A DNA stretch of 64,000 bases, taken from positions 224,001-288,000 of the forward strand of contig CBDFMQ010000001.1 in assembly GCA_965249725.1 (NCBI GenBank), read 5' to 3'. The notes beneath the pieces are model-generated. The model saw only the letters and a list, made by a program, of their open reading frames with translations. It was not told where the DNA came from and searched no databases. This DNA is from Longimicrobiales bacterium (GTDB lineage: Bacteria; Gemmatimonadota; Gemmatimonadetes; Longimicrobiales; Gaopeijiaceae). Numbering within the stretch: position 1 is the stretch's first letter; each line of letters starts with the position of its first letter. The position numbers and the translations under genes are program-made. Positions 10,195 to 19,903 of this stretch are shown here, piece after piece.

Positions 10195-13100
10195 GTGCGT
10201 GACCGCTTGGATCACCTGCGCGTCGTTCTTTCCGACCGCTACGCCATCCAGCGTGAGCTGGGCGAGGGCGGGATGGCACACGTCTATCTGGCCGATGACC
10301 TCCGGCACAGCCGCAAGGTCGCCCTCAAGGTGATTCGTCCCGAGCTTGCCGAGGCCGTCGGATCGGACCGTTTCCTCCGCGAGATAAGAATCACTGCAGG
10401 ACTCGTCCACCCGCACATTCGACCCCTCCTCGATTCCGGCCATATAGAGCACACGCTCTTCTACGCCATGCCGTTTGCGGAGGGCGAGACGTTGAGGGAG
10501 TGGCTTGATCGCGAGGGGCAACTCCCCGTCGAAGACGCTTTCCGCCTGACACGCGAAATCGCCGACGGGCTCGACTACGCTCACGAGTCCGGCGTCGTTC
10601 ACCGTGACATCAAGCCCGCCAACATCATGATCGAGGCGGGGCATGCGGTCATTAGCGACTTCGGAGTCGCACTGGCGATCGAGAGCCACGGACAGGAGCG
10701 CATCACCGGCTCCGGGGTCACCGTGGGCACGGCCGAATACATGAGCCCAGAACAGTGCGGGGCGGAGGGCCAGTTGGACGGCCGATCCGACATCTACAGC
10801 CTCGGCTGTGTGCTGTATGAGATGCTTGCAGGCCAACCGCCCTTCACAGGTCGCACCGCCCTCGCGGTGGTGGCTCGCCACCTGCGGGAGCCCGCCCCCT
10901 CCATCCGTGTGGTTCGTCCAGACGTGCCGGAGCCCGTCGACGAGCTGATTCGTCGGGCGATGGCGAAGGCGCCGGCGGATCGCTTCAAGACCGCGGGGCA
11001 AATGCGCGACGCCTTGTCCCATGCCCAGGTTGTCGGTCCGGCGGCACGGGTACGCTCATGGACTGCCGTGGCGGCCGTGGCGACCGCTATCGCCGTCCTT
11101 CTTGTGCTCTTCCTCACGCGAGGCGGGACGCCGCCGATCGACGTTGACCCCTCTCTCTACGTGGTGCTCCCGTTCGTCCACAGAGACGGGAGCGCACCAG
11201 GTCTGATCACCGGGGATCGCTGTGAGACGCTCGTGTATCAGTCGTTGGATCGCTGGGGAGTGCAGGTGGTCGACCTGATCCGCGTGAACGACGCGTTGGC
11301 CAGACGAAGGGGTGTGATTTCCGGGCTCGAGGACGCGTTGGCGATCAGCCGGAGTCTGGGGGCGGGCAGGCTCATCTGGGGGCAGCTATGGGATGCAGGA
11401 GACTCTACCGTGGTTCGCGGCGTACTCTACGACGTAGCTGAGCCGGAACGACCCGTTCAGGAGTACGCTACGCGGATACCGCCCGACCTGCAGGACTTCG
11501 GGGCACGGTTCGATGAAATGGTCGATGGGCTACTCTTTGGACAGACGACGTCACGAGCCGCCGCGACGCGGATGGGCGGGACGACCTCTTTCGATGCCTT
11601 CTTGAAGTTCGACGAGGGCCACCGGTTCCTGGAGGAGTGGGACCTGGACGGGGCGTCCGAGGGCTTCGGCTCTGCCGTGGACATCGATCCGGAGTACACG
11701 CAGGCTTCTCTGTGGCGCGCGCTCGTCGGTCTGTTCTCGGGTGAGCCGGCGTCGAGTTGGCGGGCCCATGCTTCTCGCGCGCTGGCCGTGCCGAGTGGGC
11801 TGCTCGGTACGGACTCGCTGCTGGCCGCCTCCCTCAACGAGCTAGCCGGGGAGCGCTGGGTCCAGGCTTGCGAGGGATTCTCCGAGCTCGTAGCACTGGA
11901 TCGGGCGAGTTTCACGGCGTGGCTTGGGTTGGGGGAGTGTCTCGCACGCGACCGAGTCGTTGTCGAGAACTCGGCGAGCCCCTCGGGCTGGAGCTTTCGC
12001 TCCAGTTGGCACGCGGCCGGCGAAGCGTATCGGGCGGCACTTCAGTTGGTACCGTCTTACAACCTAGTGCTGCAGGACACGTCTATCGCTCGCCTCGAGA
12101 GCGTTCTCCCGACGGTAACCACGAGAATGCGAGGCGGCCATGCACTGCTGCCGGATACCGTCCTCTTCGCTGCGTTCGTCGAGCTCGAGGACGATACGCT
12201 CGGGCACGTCCCCTACCTCCTTCCGGAGATCATCGCTGGTCGACGGGCCAACATGCCCGCCACGACGACGAGTGCGGTCGACCGTAATCGTCAGATCCTG
12301 ATGGAGATAACGGGAAACTGGGCGACGGCTTTTCCGGACGACCCAGGAGCGCTGGAGGCGCTGGCAAGAGCCCAGGAACCCCTTGGGCTCCTGGAAGCGA
12401 CGGGCGATTTCACAACCTCTGCTCTCGATGCGGTCCGCAGGGCCAGGGTGAGGGCCGATTCCTTGAGCGCTCTTCGATTGACTATGGCCGAGGTGCGAAT
12501 GCTCACCAAGTTGGGCCAGTTCGCGGAGGCAGCCAGGCTCTCGGATTCGATCCTGTTGGGCAACCCCACACCGTCGCCGCGAGAGGCGACCGACCTGGCC
12601 GGCCTGGCCCTTCTGATCGGGCGAGTCCATAGAGCTGCGGAGCTGTTGGAGGTTGCGGCGGTCGATTACGAGCCGTACGACACCGAGGGGACGGTTCCCA
12701 CGCCACTTCCGCTGATCGAGACGGCGAATCGTCTGCTCGCGTATGCGTCGGCGGGTGCGCCAATGGACAGTCTGATCGGCCTGCGCACGAGGGCGAAGCG
12801 ACAGGCGGAGAGCCTGGTACCGGGGAACGCGCGAGATCGAGTGATGCGGGCCGCGCTCTCATGGCCGTTGACGGTCGCTTATGCCGAGATCAGGCCCGAG
12901 GTGGACGATCCGGAGGGTCGGGTGGGCAACTACCTCAATCGCTGGTACAAGTTCGTTGAGTCCGGGGATCTTGCTCCGCTGCGAGAGGACATGGCTCTGG
13001 GAGTGGAGCAGCGGAGCGTGTCGGCCCCCGCGAGCATGCCGCTGAGCTTCGCCTATGGAGAAGCGCGTGTCTATTTGGCGTTGGGAGACACGGCCACGGC

Positions 13101-13338
13101 GATCGAGGTGCTGGATCATCCCCTCCAGAGTTTGCGCCTGCAGGATCAGGGGCTGACCCAAGTCGTGCACCATGCAGGTGGTCTGGTGCGCGCCATGGCC
13201 CTACGGGCCGAATTGGCTTCCGCTGCGGGAGACACGCCCGTGCAGCAGCTTTGGGCGAACCGTGTCGTGACACTTTGGGCCGGCGGAGACGACTCCGTCC
13301 AAGCCGTTGTGGAGCGCATGCGCTCGCTGCTGAATTGA
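10195..13338 (+). CDS. Ser/Thr protein kinase with TM helix and large helical/TPR-like C-terminal region
   Basis: LGEGGMAHVY, VALKV, HRDIKPAN, DFG, GTAEYMSPEQ, SDIYSLG; TM AVAAVATAIAVLLVLFL; GTG start chosen at 10195. Confidence 0.9.
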   Translation: MRDRLDHLRVVLSDRYAIQRELGEGGMAHVYLADDLRHSRKVALKVIRPELAEAVGSDRFLREIRITAGLVHPHIRPLLDSGHIEHTLFYAMPFAEGETLREWLDREGQLPVEDAFRLTREIADGLDYAHESGVVHRDIKPANIMIEAGHAVISDFGVALAIESHGQERITGSGVTVGTAEYMSPEQCGAEGQLDGRSDIYSLGCVLYEMLAGQPPFTGRTALAVVARHLREPAPSIRVVRPDVPEPVDELIRRAMAKAPADRFKTAGQMRDALSHAQVVGPAARVRSWTAVAAVATAIAVLLVLFLTRGGTPPIDVDPSLYVVLPFVHRDGSAPGLITGDRCETLVYQSLDRWGVQVVDLIRVNDALARRRGVISGLEDALAISRSLGAGRLIWGQLWDAGDSTVVRGVLYDVAEPERPVQEYATRIPPDLQDFGARFDEMVDGLLFGQTTSRAAATRMGGTTSFDAFLKFDEGHRFLEEWDLDGASEGFGSAVDIDPEYTQASLWRALVGLFSGEPASSWRAHASRALAVPSGLLGTDSLLAASLNELAGERWVQACEGFSELVALDRASFTAWLGLGECLARDRVVVENSASPSGWSFRSSWHAAGEAYRAALQLVPSYNLVLQDTSIARLESVLPTVTTRMRGGHALLPDTVLFAAFVELEDDTLGHVPYLLPEIIAGRRANMPATTTSAVDRNRQILMEITGNWATAFPDDPGALEALARAQEPLGLLEATGDFTTSALDAVRRARVRADSLSALRLTMAEVRMLTKLGQFAEAARLSDSILLGNPTPSPREATDLAGLALLIGRVHRAAELLEVAAVDYEPYDTEGTVPTPLPLIETANRLLAYASAGAPMDSLIGLRTRAKRQAESLVPGNARDRVMRAALSWPLTVAYAEIRPEVDDPEGRVGNYLNRWYKFVESGDLAPLREDMALGVEQRSVSAPASMPLSFAYGEARVYLALGDTATAIEVLDHPLQSLRLQDQGLTQVVHHAGGLVRAMALRAELASAAGDTPVQQLWANRVVTLWAGGDDSVQAVVERMRSLLN

Positions 13339-13379
13339 CGTCGATGTTTCTTATTCCGGTACCCCCGAAGGAGGAAAAC

Positions 13380-14105
13380 ATGGCAACCGAGCAATTGAGA
13401 GCGTTGGGCTCCCGTCGAGTGTGGGTGTTAGGTGTCCTGGCGCTAGGCGTGGTATTCGCCCCCACCCTGGCCCAGAGCCAGGAACCGCGAGTCTGGACTG
13501 AGGCTGAACGAGAGGACCTTCGACGCAACATTGCCGCCGATCGCCCAGATTGGGACAGTCCGATCGACGAGATCGCCATGGACGTGATCTTGGACCGGGC
13601 CCGAAACTTGTTCTTCGACGATGTCCCGTGGGTGCAGGACCGGCAGCACTTGGTCTTCAGGGTAGTCGACGAGCTCCGCGTGGGCCCTTTGGCTACCATC
13701 AGGCCCCGAGCGGGCACCCATCTGTTGAGGAGCCCCGAGTCGGATGCCATCTGGAGTAGTGGCATCTTCGCCGCAGCGGTCGACGTGGACCTTGCCGTGC
13801 CCGCGATGGGGCTCGCGAGGGGGAAAAACTACATCTGGGTAGACGGGCCTGACATTGACGATCTCCGTGCTTATATCGTGCACGACGTGCCGAGGGGCCG
13901 TGACCTCATGGTCTCAGTTTGTTCGGTCCGCCATATGCAGCATATCACGCAATCCGATCTGTCACATGCATTGTGGGTCCACAAAGAGGACCAAGAGGCC
14001 GGAGTCTTCCAGGCTGCGATGAGGCCCCACTACGAGTGCCGCGACGGATGCTGTGACGTGGATCGATGCACACAAACGCTCCATAGGGGTGCGTCACTCC
14101 GGTAG
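13380..14105 (+). CDS. Hypothetical secreted protein with Cys-rich C-terminus
   Basis: GAAGGAGG SD, signal peptide ending ALA-like (TLAQS), C-terminal ECRDGCCDVDRC. Confidence 0.7.
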   Translation: MATEQLRALGSRRVWVLGVLALGVVFAPTLAQSQEPRVWTEAEREDLRRNIAADRPDWDSPIDEIAMDVILDRARNLFFDDVPWVQDRQHLVFRVVDELRVGPLATIRPRAGTHLLRSPESDAIWSSGIFAAAVDVDLAVPAMGLARGKNYIWVDGPDIDDLRAYIVHDVPRGRDLMVSVCSVRHMQHITQSDLSHALWVHKEDQEAGVFQAAMRPHYECRDGCCDVDRCTQTLHRGASLR

Positions 14106-14171
14106 CTTCCCACGGAAAGTGGAGGGGAGGCAAGGCTCCCGGGCGGCTTCCAAGCCCTCGGGGGTCTCGCT

Positions 14172-14945
14172 TTACCCCCCGAACCGCAGCGTCCCCGGAG
14201 CCGGCGACCGCTCCAGACTCCAAAAGTCATCGGGCAGTTTCGTAAGGGGTGCGTCGCCCAGTGCGCTCTCGTTGTAGAGTCGAATAGCCTGTACCAGGGT
14301 CCGAAGGAACTTCCCTCGCACCGCCGACGTGCGCGATATCGAATAGTCGTCGGCCTCGATTTCATCGGGGAAGAGCTCTCTTCCCACTCGAAGCTGCTCG
14401 CCCAAGGTCTCGACGTGAGAGAGGAACGGATCGTCCCGAATCTCGTCCAACACTTCGATGAAGTGAGCGTTCAGATGGACGCCGTACAGATCCAGGATGC
14501 CGCTGATCTGGTCCCTCGCCCGGGCGATGACGCGGGCGGCCGATTCTGCCCAGGTCTCGTCACTCCAGGCGTAACGCACGTGCGTCAGGTCGCAATGATC
14601 GATCACCGCAGACCATTCGGAGGAGAACAGCTCCTCATATGTGTGGGGAGGGCGGCTGGGAAGTCGTTCCAGGCATCCACGCACGATCTCCGTCCACAGG
14701 TCGGACAGATCCCGCAGGGGATCCTCGGCCCTCCGAACTCCTCCCCGTGACGCCCGAGCCCGCTCGTCCATGGCCCGTCGGTCCAGAATGCGGTGCACGA
14801 ACACGAGTGTGATGAGGATGCCGAGGACTTCCGTTGCGAGCCCCGGTGCGAAGTCCCGAATGAAGCCGGTGTCCTGACCCCAGATCAGGTGGGCCACGGA
14901 CACAAAGGCGACGATCATTGCCAACGTGATGTAGATCGCTCTCAC
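14172..14945 (-). CDS. Hypothetical 2-TM membrane protein sharing its N-terminal motif with 6381-7088
   Basis: AAGGAG SD before GTG at 14945; PGLATEVLGILITLVFVHRILDRR. Confidence 0.7.
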   Translation of the reverse strand: MRAIYITLAMIVAFVSVAHLIWGQDTGFIRDFAPGLATEVLGILITLVFVHRILDRRAMDERARASRGGVRRAEDPLRDLSDLWTEIVRGCLERLPSRPPHTYEELFSSEWSAVIDHCDLTHVRYAWSDETWAESAARVIARARDQISGILDLYGVHLNAHFIEVLDEIRDDPFLSHVETLGEQLRVGRELFPDEIEADDYSISRTSAVRGKFLRTLVQAIRLYNESALGDAPLTKLPDDFWSLERSPAPGTLRFGG

Positions 14946-15124
14946 CTGGGCTCCTTGCGGTGTCGGTGCTCGGGCCGTTTGACGCCGTCGTGGCGATCGA
15001 GCACATCCAAAGGGGTAGTTTCGCCTGGCCGGAAGCTGCGGGCGGCTCATGGGTCAGACAAGGCCGCTAACGGAGCCAGGCCGCCCCCGGCTCGTGTGGC
15101 CCGGAATCCGGCAGGTGGCATGCG

Positions 15125-15631
15125 CTACCCGGTAGGTCGCATGCAGTCGTCCCCTACGAAGCGCAACAGCACCGCTTCGACCGCCCGAACATCGGCTCCG
15201 CCGGTGGACGAGGGCTTCCGTCTGTCGTAGAGAAGGTGTCGGACCAAGGCGGCGTCGGCTCCCATCTCCGCGGCCTCCGCCCCAAGCTTGGCCCGGATCC
15301 CGGTCAGCAACTCGTTGGGGGAGGGATCCTCGCCACCGGTGTCGTGCACGAACGGGGCGCGTACGGTCAGGGTGCCGAGCGCTTCGAAGGGACAGGGCAC
15401 CCGCTCGTCGGGCATCATCACCTGGACGCTGAGGGGACGTGTCGCGTCGTGACTCCGTGCCCCCTCGGCGAGCACCACCGGGTTGGTGTCCCTGACCGGC
15501 ACGGGCCCGCTACCGCCGCCTCCAGTAGCACAGGCGGGCAGAAGGAGGAGGAACGCACCGGCCAGGGACGATGTCACTTGGGTCCTCATCGGACTCGACA
15601 CGGGGCTAGTTCTTCGAGGTGAACGGCGCAT
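15125..15631 (-). CDS. Putative lipoprotein (YbjQ/heavy-metal-binding-like fold possible)
   Basis: Lipobox LPAC; LGAEAAEMGADAALV motif; start may be 15589. Confidence 0.6.
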   Translation of the reverse strand: MRRSPRRTSPVSSPMRTQVTSSLAGAFLLLLPACATGGGGSGPVPVRDTNPVVLAEGARSHDATRPLSVQVMMPDERVPCPFEALGTLTVRAPFVHDTGGEDPSPNELLTGIRAKLGAEAAEMGADAALVRHLLYDRRKPSSTGGADVRAVEAVLLRFVGDDCMRPTG

Positions 15632-15726
15632 GGTGGCCTCCGCGTCGGTTGGCGAGAAGTACTGGGCTCACCCTCTCTGACGCATGAGGCGTGCCAACAT
15701 GCACTGGGTCCTGCCGTTGGGGGGTG

Positions 15727-16257
15727 CTAGCCGGCCTTGGATCCCTCGGCGTCGGCCTCTTGCTGCGGAGGCGGACGAAGGATGCGTTCGATCGCCATGG
15801 CCAGGTCCTCGTACCCGTCGGGCTTCACGAGGAAGTCGCGGACACCGAATGCGCGGGCGCGCTTCTCCACGCTTTTTTCCAGGCAGGCTGTGAACACCAC
15901 CACCGGAATCGACGACAGCTCGTCGAAATCCTGGAGCCATTCCAGGATCTCGAGCCCGGTGCCGTCCAACAGCCAGTGGTCGAGTACGATCAGTCCCGGA
16001 AGCGGGTGCCGCTGTCGATTGTCGAAGGGCCACTCGCCTCCCAGGTACGCCTCCGCTTCCGCCACACTGGCCGTGACGAACACGGGGCTGTCGAGGGCCC
16101 GGAAGTCCAAGAGAGCTTGGATCAGGGTCGCGTGTTCGTGGTTATCCTCGATGAGGAGAACCAGTTCAGTGGACAAAAGCTCAGACTCCCGGCGGGGACG
16201 GGGTTTCTCTTTGGGCGCTCGATGTTTGGGGGGGGAATTACCCAACAACGTTAGCAC
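15727..16257 (-). CDS. Single-domain response regulator
   Basis: VLLIEDN, LIVLD, IPVVVFT, FLVKP. Confidence 0.88.
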   Translation of the reverse strand: MLTLLGNSPPKHRAPKEKPRPRRESELLSTELVLLIEDNHEHATLIQALLDFRALDSPVFVTASVAEAEAYLGGEWPFDNRQRHPLPGLIVLDHWLLDGTGLEILEWLQDFDELSSIPVVVFTACLEKSVEKRARAFGVRDFLVKPDGYEDLAMAIERILRPPPQQEADAEGSKAG

Positions 16258-16324
16258 CCATCCCTCGTCCCCGCCACATTTTTTTACAGGTGGGAGAGCG
16301 AGGACATCCCGAGGCGAAGCCGGC

Positions 16325-16948
16325 TCAAGGCGTTCCGTTCGTCCGCCTGAACAGGCAGGACAGGAACTGCTGAGCTCCCCCTCCCGGGGTGGTGTGATCG
16401 ACGATCTCCTGGTGCTCGAGAGAGAAGTCCGGACCGATCCAGTCCGTCATGTCGTCCGCATCGTATCGTCGAACATCCAGGCCACTACAACGTGTCGGCC
16501 CCTCAGGACCGAACGTACTCAATACCGCTGCACCGCCCTCCGCGACGGACGCTCTAAGCCGCTGTCGGTACGCGGCCCGATCTTCGTCATCGGTGAGAAA
16601 ATGGAGCACAGCCCGGTCGTGCCAGACATCCCAGGGATGCGGCGACACGAATTCGGTCACGTTTGAAACGAACCACTCCACGTCCGGTGCACGATCTCCA
16701 AGACGCTTTCGTGTGATGTCGATGGCCGTGGACGATACGTCGAGAACGCCCAGGTGCCGGTAACCCGACTCCAGGAGATTATCCACCAGAGTCGACGTGC
16801 CTGCGCCTACGTCGAGAATGCGGGAGTCGCTGTCAACGCCGGCTCTGGAGATGAAGGACAGCGACGGATCGGGCCGATTCTGATACCAGCTGACCTGGGA
16901 GAGGTCCTTTTCTCGGTAGACCGTTTCCCAGTGGTCTCTCAGGTTCAA
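16325..16948 (-). CDS. Class I SAM-dependent methyltransferase
   Basis: HWETVY, VSWYQ, ILDVGAG, WHDRAVLHFL, GPTRCSGL. Confidence 0.9.
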   Translation of the reverse strand: MNLRDHWETVYREKDLSQVSWYQNRPDPSLSFISRAGVDSDSRILDVGAGTSTLVDNLLESGYRHLGVLDVSSTAIDITRKRLGDRAPDVEWFVSNVTEFVSPHPWDVWHDRAVLHFLTDDEDRAAYRQRLRASVAEGGAAVLSTFGPEGPTRCSGLDVRRYDADDMTDWIGPDFSLEHQEIVDHTTPGGGAQQFLSCLFRRTNGTP

Positions 16949-17159
16949 CTCGGTCTCCAGTGATTGAGCGGTCGACGTGTTGAAATGAGGTTCACGGTCT
17001 CGACAATCGACCGCAAGAGGTCACCAGAGGGAGGGATCTCCGAGTACCTGCCTCAGGTGAGCCCACGCTCGCTACGTCCCGGTGAAGATCCCGGGAATCA
17101 GGATGGGGGCAGGGGAGCGCGTCGCGGTTTCGGGGCTCATGGGCGGATCCGTGGGCGGG

Positions 17160-17201
17160 CAAAAAAGAAGGGGCCGCCCCGACGAATCGGAGCGGCCCCT
17201 G
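17160..17201 (-). terminator. Intrinsic terminator after the first csp
   Basis: AGGGGCCGCTCCG-loop-CGGGGCGGCCCCT followed by T-tract on minus strand. Confidence 0.8.
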
Positions 17202-17226
17202 AAGCCTCTATCAGCTCAGGAACAGG

Positions 17227-17439
17227 TCAGGTGACTCTCACCACGTTCTCTGCGGCTGGTCCCTTCTGCCCCTCGACGATCTCGAACTCGACGACGTCGC
17301 CTTCGTTCAGTGTCTTGAAGCCCTCAGCCTGAATGGCAGAGTGGTGGACAAAGCAGTCCTTGCTGTTGTCCTCCGGCGTGATGAATCCGAATCCCTTCTG
17401 ATCGTTGAACCACTTCACTGTCCCTCTGGTACGCATCAT
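17227..17439 (-). CDS. Cold-shock protein
   Basis: [32 protein letters not shown]. Confidence 0.97.
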   Translation of the reverse strand: MMRTRGTVKWFNDQKGFGFITPEDNSKDCFVHHSAIQAEGFKTLNEGDVVEFEIVEGQKGPAAENVVRVT

Positions 17440-17580
17440 CCAGCTCCTTTGGTGGTCACTGTCGGAGTCCGGATGAACCGCACCTTCCGACTAGATGACT
17501 CGCGCGGAAACTCCCCCGCGCTAGGCCCCGTGCCAGTAGCGACACGGAAGAAATCCTCGACGTCGGGTCGAGGGTGAACC
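17440..17580 (-). ncRNA. Candidate structured 5' leader of csp (copy 1)
   Basis: Four hairpins with the same order and motifs as the leader at 19370-19515. Confidence 0.6.
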
Positions 17581-17581
17581 A

Positions 17582-17610
17582 ACGGTGCCTGCCCGTGTGC
17601 TCCCGGTCAA
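17582..17610 (-). promoter_or_regulatory. Candidate sigma70-type promoter for csp copy 1
   Basis: TTGACC-N17-CACCGT on minus strand. Confidence 0.4.
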
Positions 17611-17640
17611 GTCTTTTCCTTTGGCACCTCGGCGCGCCTC

Positions 17641-18105
17641 CTACTTCTTCCTGCGGACGGCCTGGATCATCTGGTCGAGGGCCTGGAGGAACTGAGACCG
17701 GTCCCGCTTCTCAAAGGGAGGGGGTCCGCCGGTCACTTCGCCCATATCGCGTAGTTGGGACATGAGTTCCCTGGTTGCCAGTGCGCCACCGATGGAATCC
17801 TCCGTGTAGGGACGTCCACGTGGACCGAGCACCCCGGCCCCCTTGCTCAAGCAGTCCGCGGCCAGGGGGATGTCGGCCGTAATCACGATGTCGTCCTCGG
17901 ATACGTGTTCGACGATCCAGGCGTCTGCTGCGTCTAGCTCTCCGTCCACGATCACCAATTCGAGCCAATCCTCCCGGGGCGTGCGGAGCCAGGAGTTGGA
18001 GACCAGCTTCACGCCGATGCCGTAGCGCTGGGCGACACGATAGACCTCATCCTTCACCGGACAGGCGTCGGCGTCCACGAAGATTCTCGGCAAGGAGTCC
18101 GTCAC
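17641..18105 (-). CDS. yaiI: YaiI/YqxD (DUF188) family protein
   Basis: IFVDADACPVKDE, DAADAWI, VITADIPLA, GGPPPF. Confidence 0.93.
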   Translation of the reverse strand: MTDSLPRIFVDADACPVKDEVYRVAQRYGIGVKLVSNSWLRTPREDWLELVIVDGELDAADAWIVEHVSEDDIVITADIPLAADCLSKGAGVLGPRGRPYTEDSIGGALATRELMSQLRDMGEVTGGPPPFEKRDRSQFLQALDQMIQAVRRKK

Positions 18106-19079
18106 GGCGATGCCGATCCGAGGACCGGCCCCATCGGTATCAGCGTGCTCCGAATTTCAGCGATGTGCCCGGGCTGGATTCGGCAACATCCGCCGATTCC
18201 GGTCGCGCCCAGTTCGGCCCATTCTTCCACGAAGGTCACCAAGTCGCTCTGGTGCGGGGATGGGGCCCAGGTCTTCGTGGTCGCGTCGTAGGTCTCACCG
18301 GAGTTCGCATAGACGATGACGTGCTTCGGCTTGGCCTTCCTCATCTCGCCGATGAGCGACGAAACTCGATAGGGAGGGATGCAGTTGACCCCGATAGCCG
18401 CTATCCGTGGCTCGCCGGCGCACAACTCGGCGACCTGCTCGAGCCGAGTGCCGTCACTCAGATGAGCTCCGTCCCGACAGCTGAAGCTCATCCACGCCCA
18501 GCAGTCCTCTGTCTCCTGCAACAGTCTAAGGAGAGCCTCGACTTCGGGAAGCGACGGAATGGTCTCGCACGCCATCAGGTCCGCGCGGCTGCCTGCCAGC
18601 GCTTGCCAGCGTCTCTCATGGAAGGCGTGCAGTTCGTCCGCGTCGAGCCCGTAGTCGCCGGTGTACTCCGATCCGTCGGCGAGGAACGCTCCGTACGGCC
18701 CGATACTGGCCGCGACGAGGGGGCGAAGGCGACCCTGTCGGTTGGCCGGGTCCGCCCAGAAGGCGTCGCGGGTATCGACCGCGATGTCTACGGCCTGCAC
18801 CAGAAGTCCCTCGGCCTCCTCCTCTCCGAGACCCTTGGCCGCGAAGCCGGGGAACGTGGCCTGATAGGTAGCCGTCGCGATACAGTCGGCACCTGCGGCC
18901 AGGAAATCGCGGTGTACTTCCGCGATGGCGTCTGGGTCCTCCAGGATCACCTTGGCGGACCAGAGATCGTCGTTGAGGACGTGCCCGCGGGCCTCCAAGG
19001 CGGTGGCCAGGCCACCGTCCAGCACGAGTCTACCCTGGGAGCGCACGAACGGGACGAGTGGGTTCTCGATGTCTACCAT
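18102..19079 (-). CDS. mmuM: Homocysteine S-methyltransferase
   Basis: LDGGLATALE, LWSA, TATYQA, SIGPYGA.LADGSEY, GVNC, GGCC. Confidence 0.92.
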   Translation of the reverse strand: MVDIENPLVPFVRSQGRLVLDGGLATALEARGHVLNDDLWSAKVILEDPDAIAEVHRDFLAAGADCIATATYQATFPGFAAKGLGEEEAEGLLVQAVDIAVDTRDAFWADPANRQGRLRPLVAASIGPYGAFLADGSEYTGDYGLDADELHAFHERRWQALAGSRADLMACETIPSLPEVEALLRLLQETEDCWAWMSFSCRDGAHLSDGTRLEQVAELCAGEPRIAAIGVNCIPPYRVSSLIGEMRKAKPKHVIVYANSGETYDATTKTWAPSPHQSDLVTFVEEWAELGATGIGGCCRIQPGHIAEIRSTLIPMGPVLGSASP

Positions 19080-19087
19080 CCCTTCGT

Positions 19088-19128
19088 AAAAAAGCGGGCC
19101 ACCCCGAATCCTCGGGATGGCCCGCCGC
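19088..19128 (-). terminator. Intrinsic terminator after the second csp
   Basis: GCGGGCCA..CCCGA-loop..TGGCCCGC followed by T6 on minus strand. Confidence 0.75.
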
Positions 19129-19159
19129 CTGCTATAGGCCATACGGCCTTATTGAGGCT

Positions 19160-19369
19160 TTAGAGCTTCTGGACGTTCTCTGCAGCGGGACCCTTCTGGC
19201 CCTCCACCACGTCGAACTCAACGCTCTCGCCCTCGGCGAGAGACTTGAAGCCCTCGGCCTGAATCGCCGAATGATGAACGAACAGATCTCTGCTGCCATC
19301 CTCCGGGGTGATAAAGCCGAAGCCCTTTTGGTCGTTGAACCACTTCACAGTGCCTTTGGTACGCATCAT
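19160..19369 (-). CDS. Cold-shock protein (paralogue)
   Basis: [22 protein letters not shown]. Confidence 0.97.
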   Translation of the reverse strand: MMRTKGTVKWFNDQKGFGFITPEDGSRDLFVHHSAIQAEGFKSLAEGESVEFDVVEGQKGPAAENVQKL

Positions 19370-19515
19370 CTTGCTCCATCTTGTTGGTCATGGTCGGAGT
19401 TTCGGACAATCCGCACCTTCCGACTTCTTGACTCTCGCGGTCGTAACCCCCGCGCTGGGTCGTGGCACTTGCCACGAAAAAAGCGGGCAGCCCGTGGAGG
19501 CCCCCGCATCGGTAC
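19370..19515 (-). ncRNA. Candidate structured 5' leader of csp (copy 2)
   Basis: Shares GUCGGAAGGUGCGG...UCCGAC..UGACC and CGCGGGGG...CCGCG with copy 1. Confidence 0.6.
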
Positions 19516-19903
19516 TTCTGCTTACAGCCTACGCTCAGTTTTCTTTATTCGCCGTAAAGCTCACGGAAACGCCCCGTGGCGTCAACTACCGCGGATCCGT
19601 GGGGGGAAGGCCTCTCAGGGTACAGAGAAGCGTAGTCGGGCTCCTAGGCCTTCCCCCTCCGTATCGAGGAGGGCCCCGGCGCTACGGTTCAGTTCGGTTA
19701 CCGTCAGTTCTTGAAGGTGGAGCATGATCGCCTCCCCCCCGAAGGGGGCATACCGGTGCCTTCGAAGCGTCGAGAGAGACCGGTCGCCCCGACAAACTGA
19801 GAATGTCCGCACCACTAGCATAATCTCACGAATCGAAGCGTGCCGCGCTGTAGGGGTTTTTCTGATATGGGCAAGCCAGCGTACGGTGCGCATATTGATA
19901 TGC

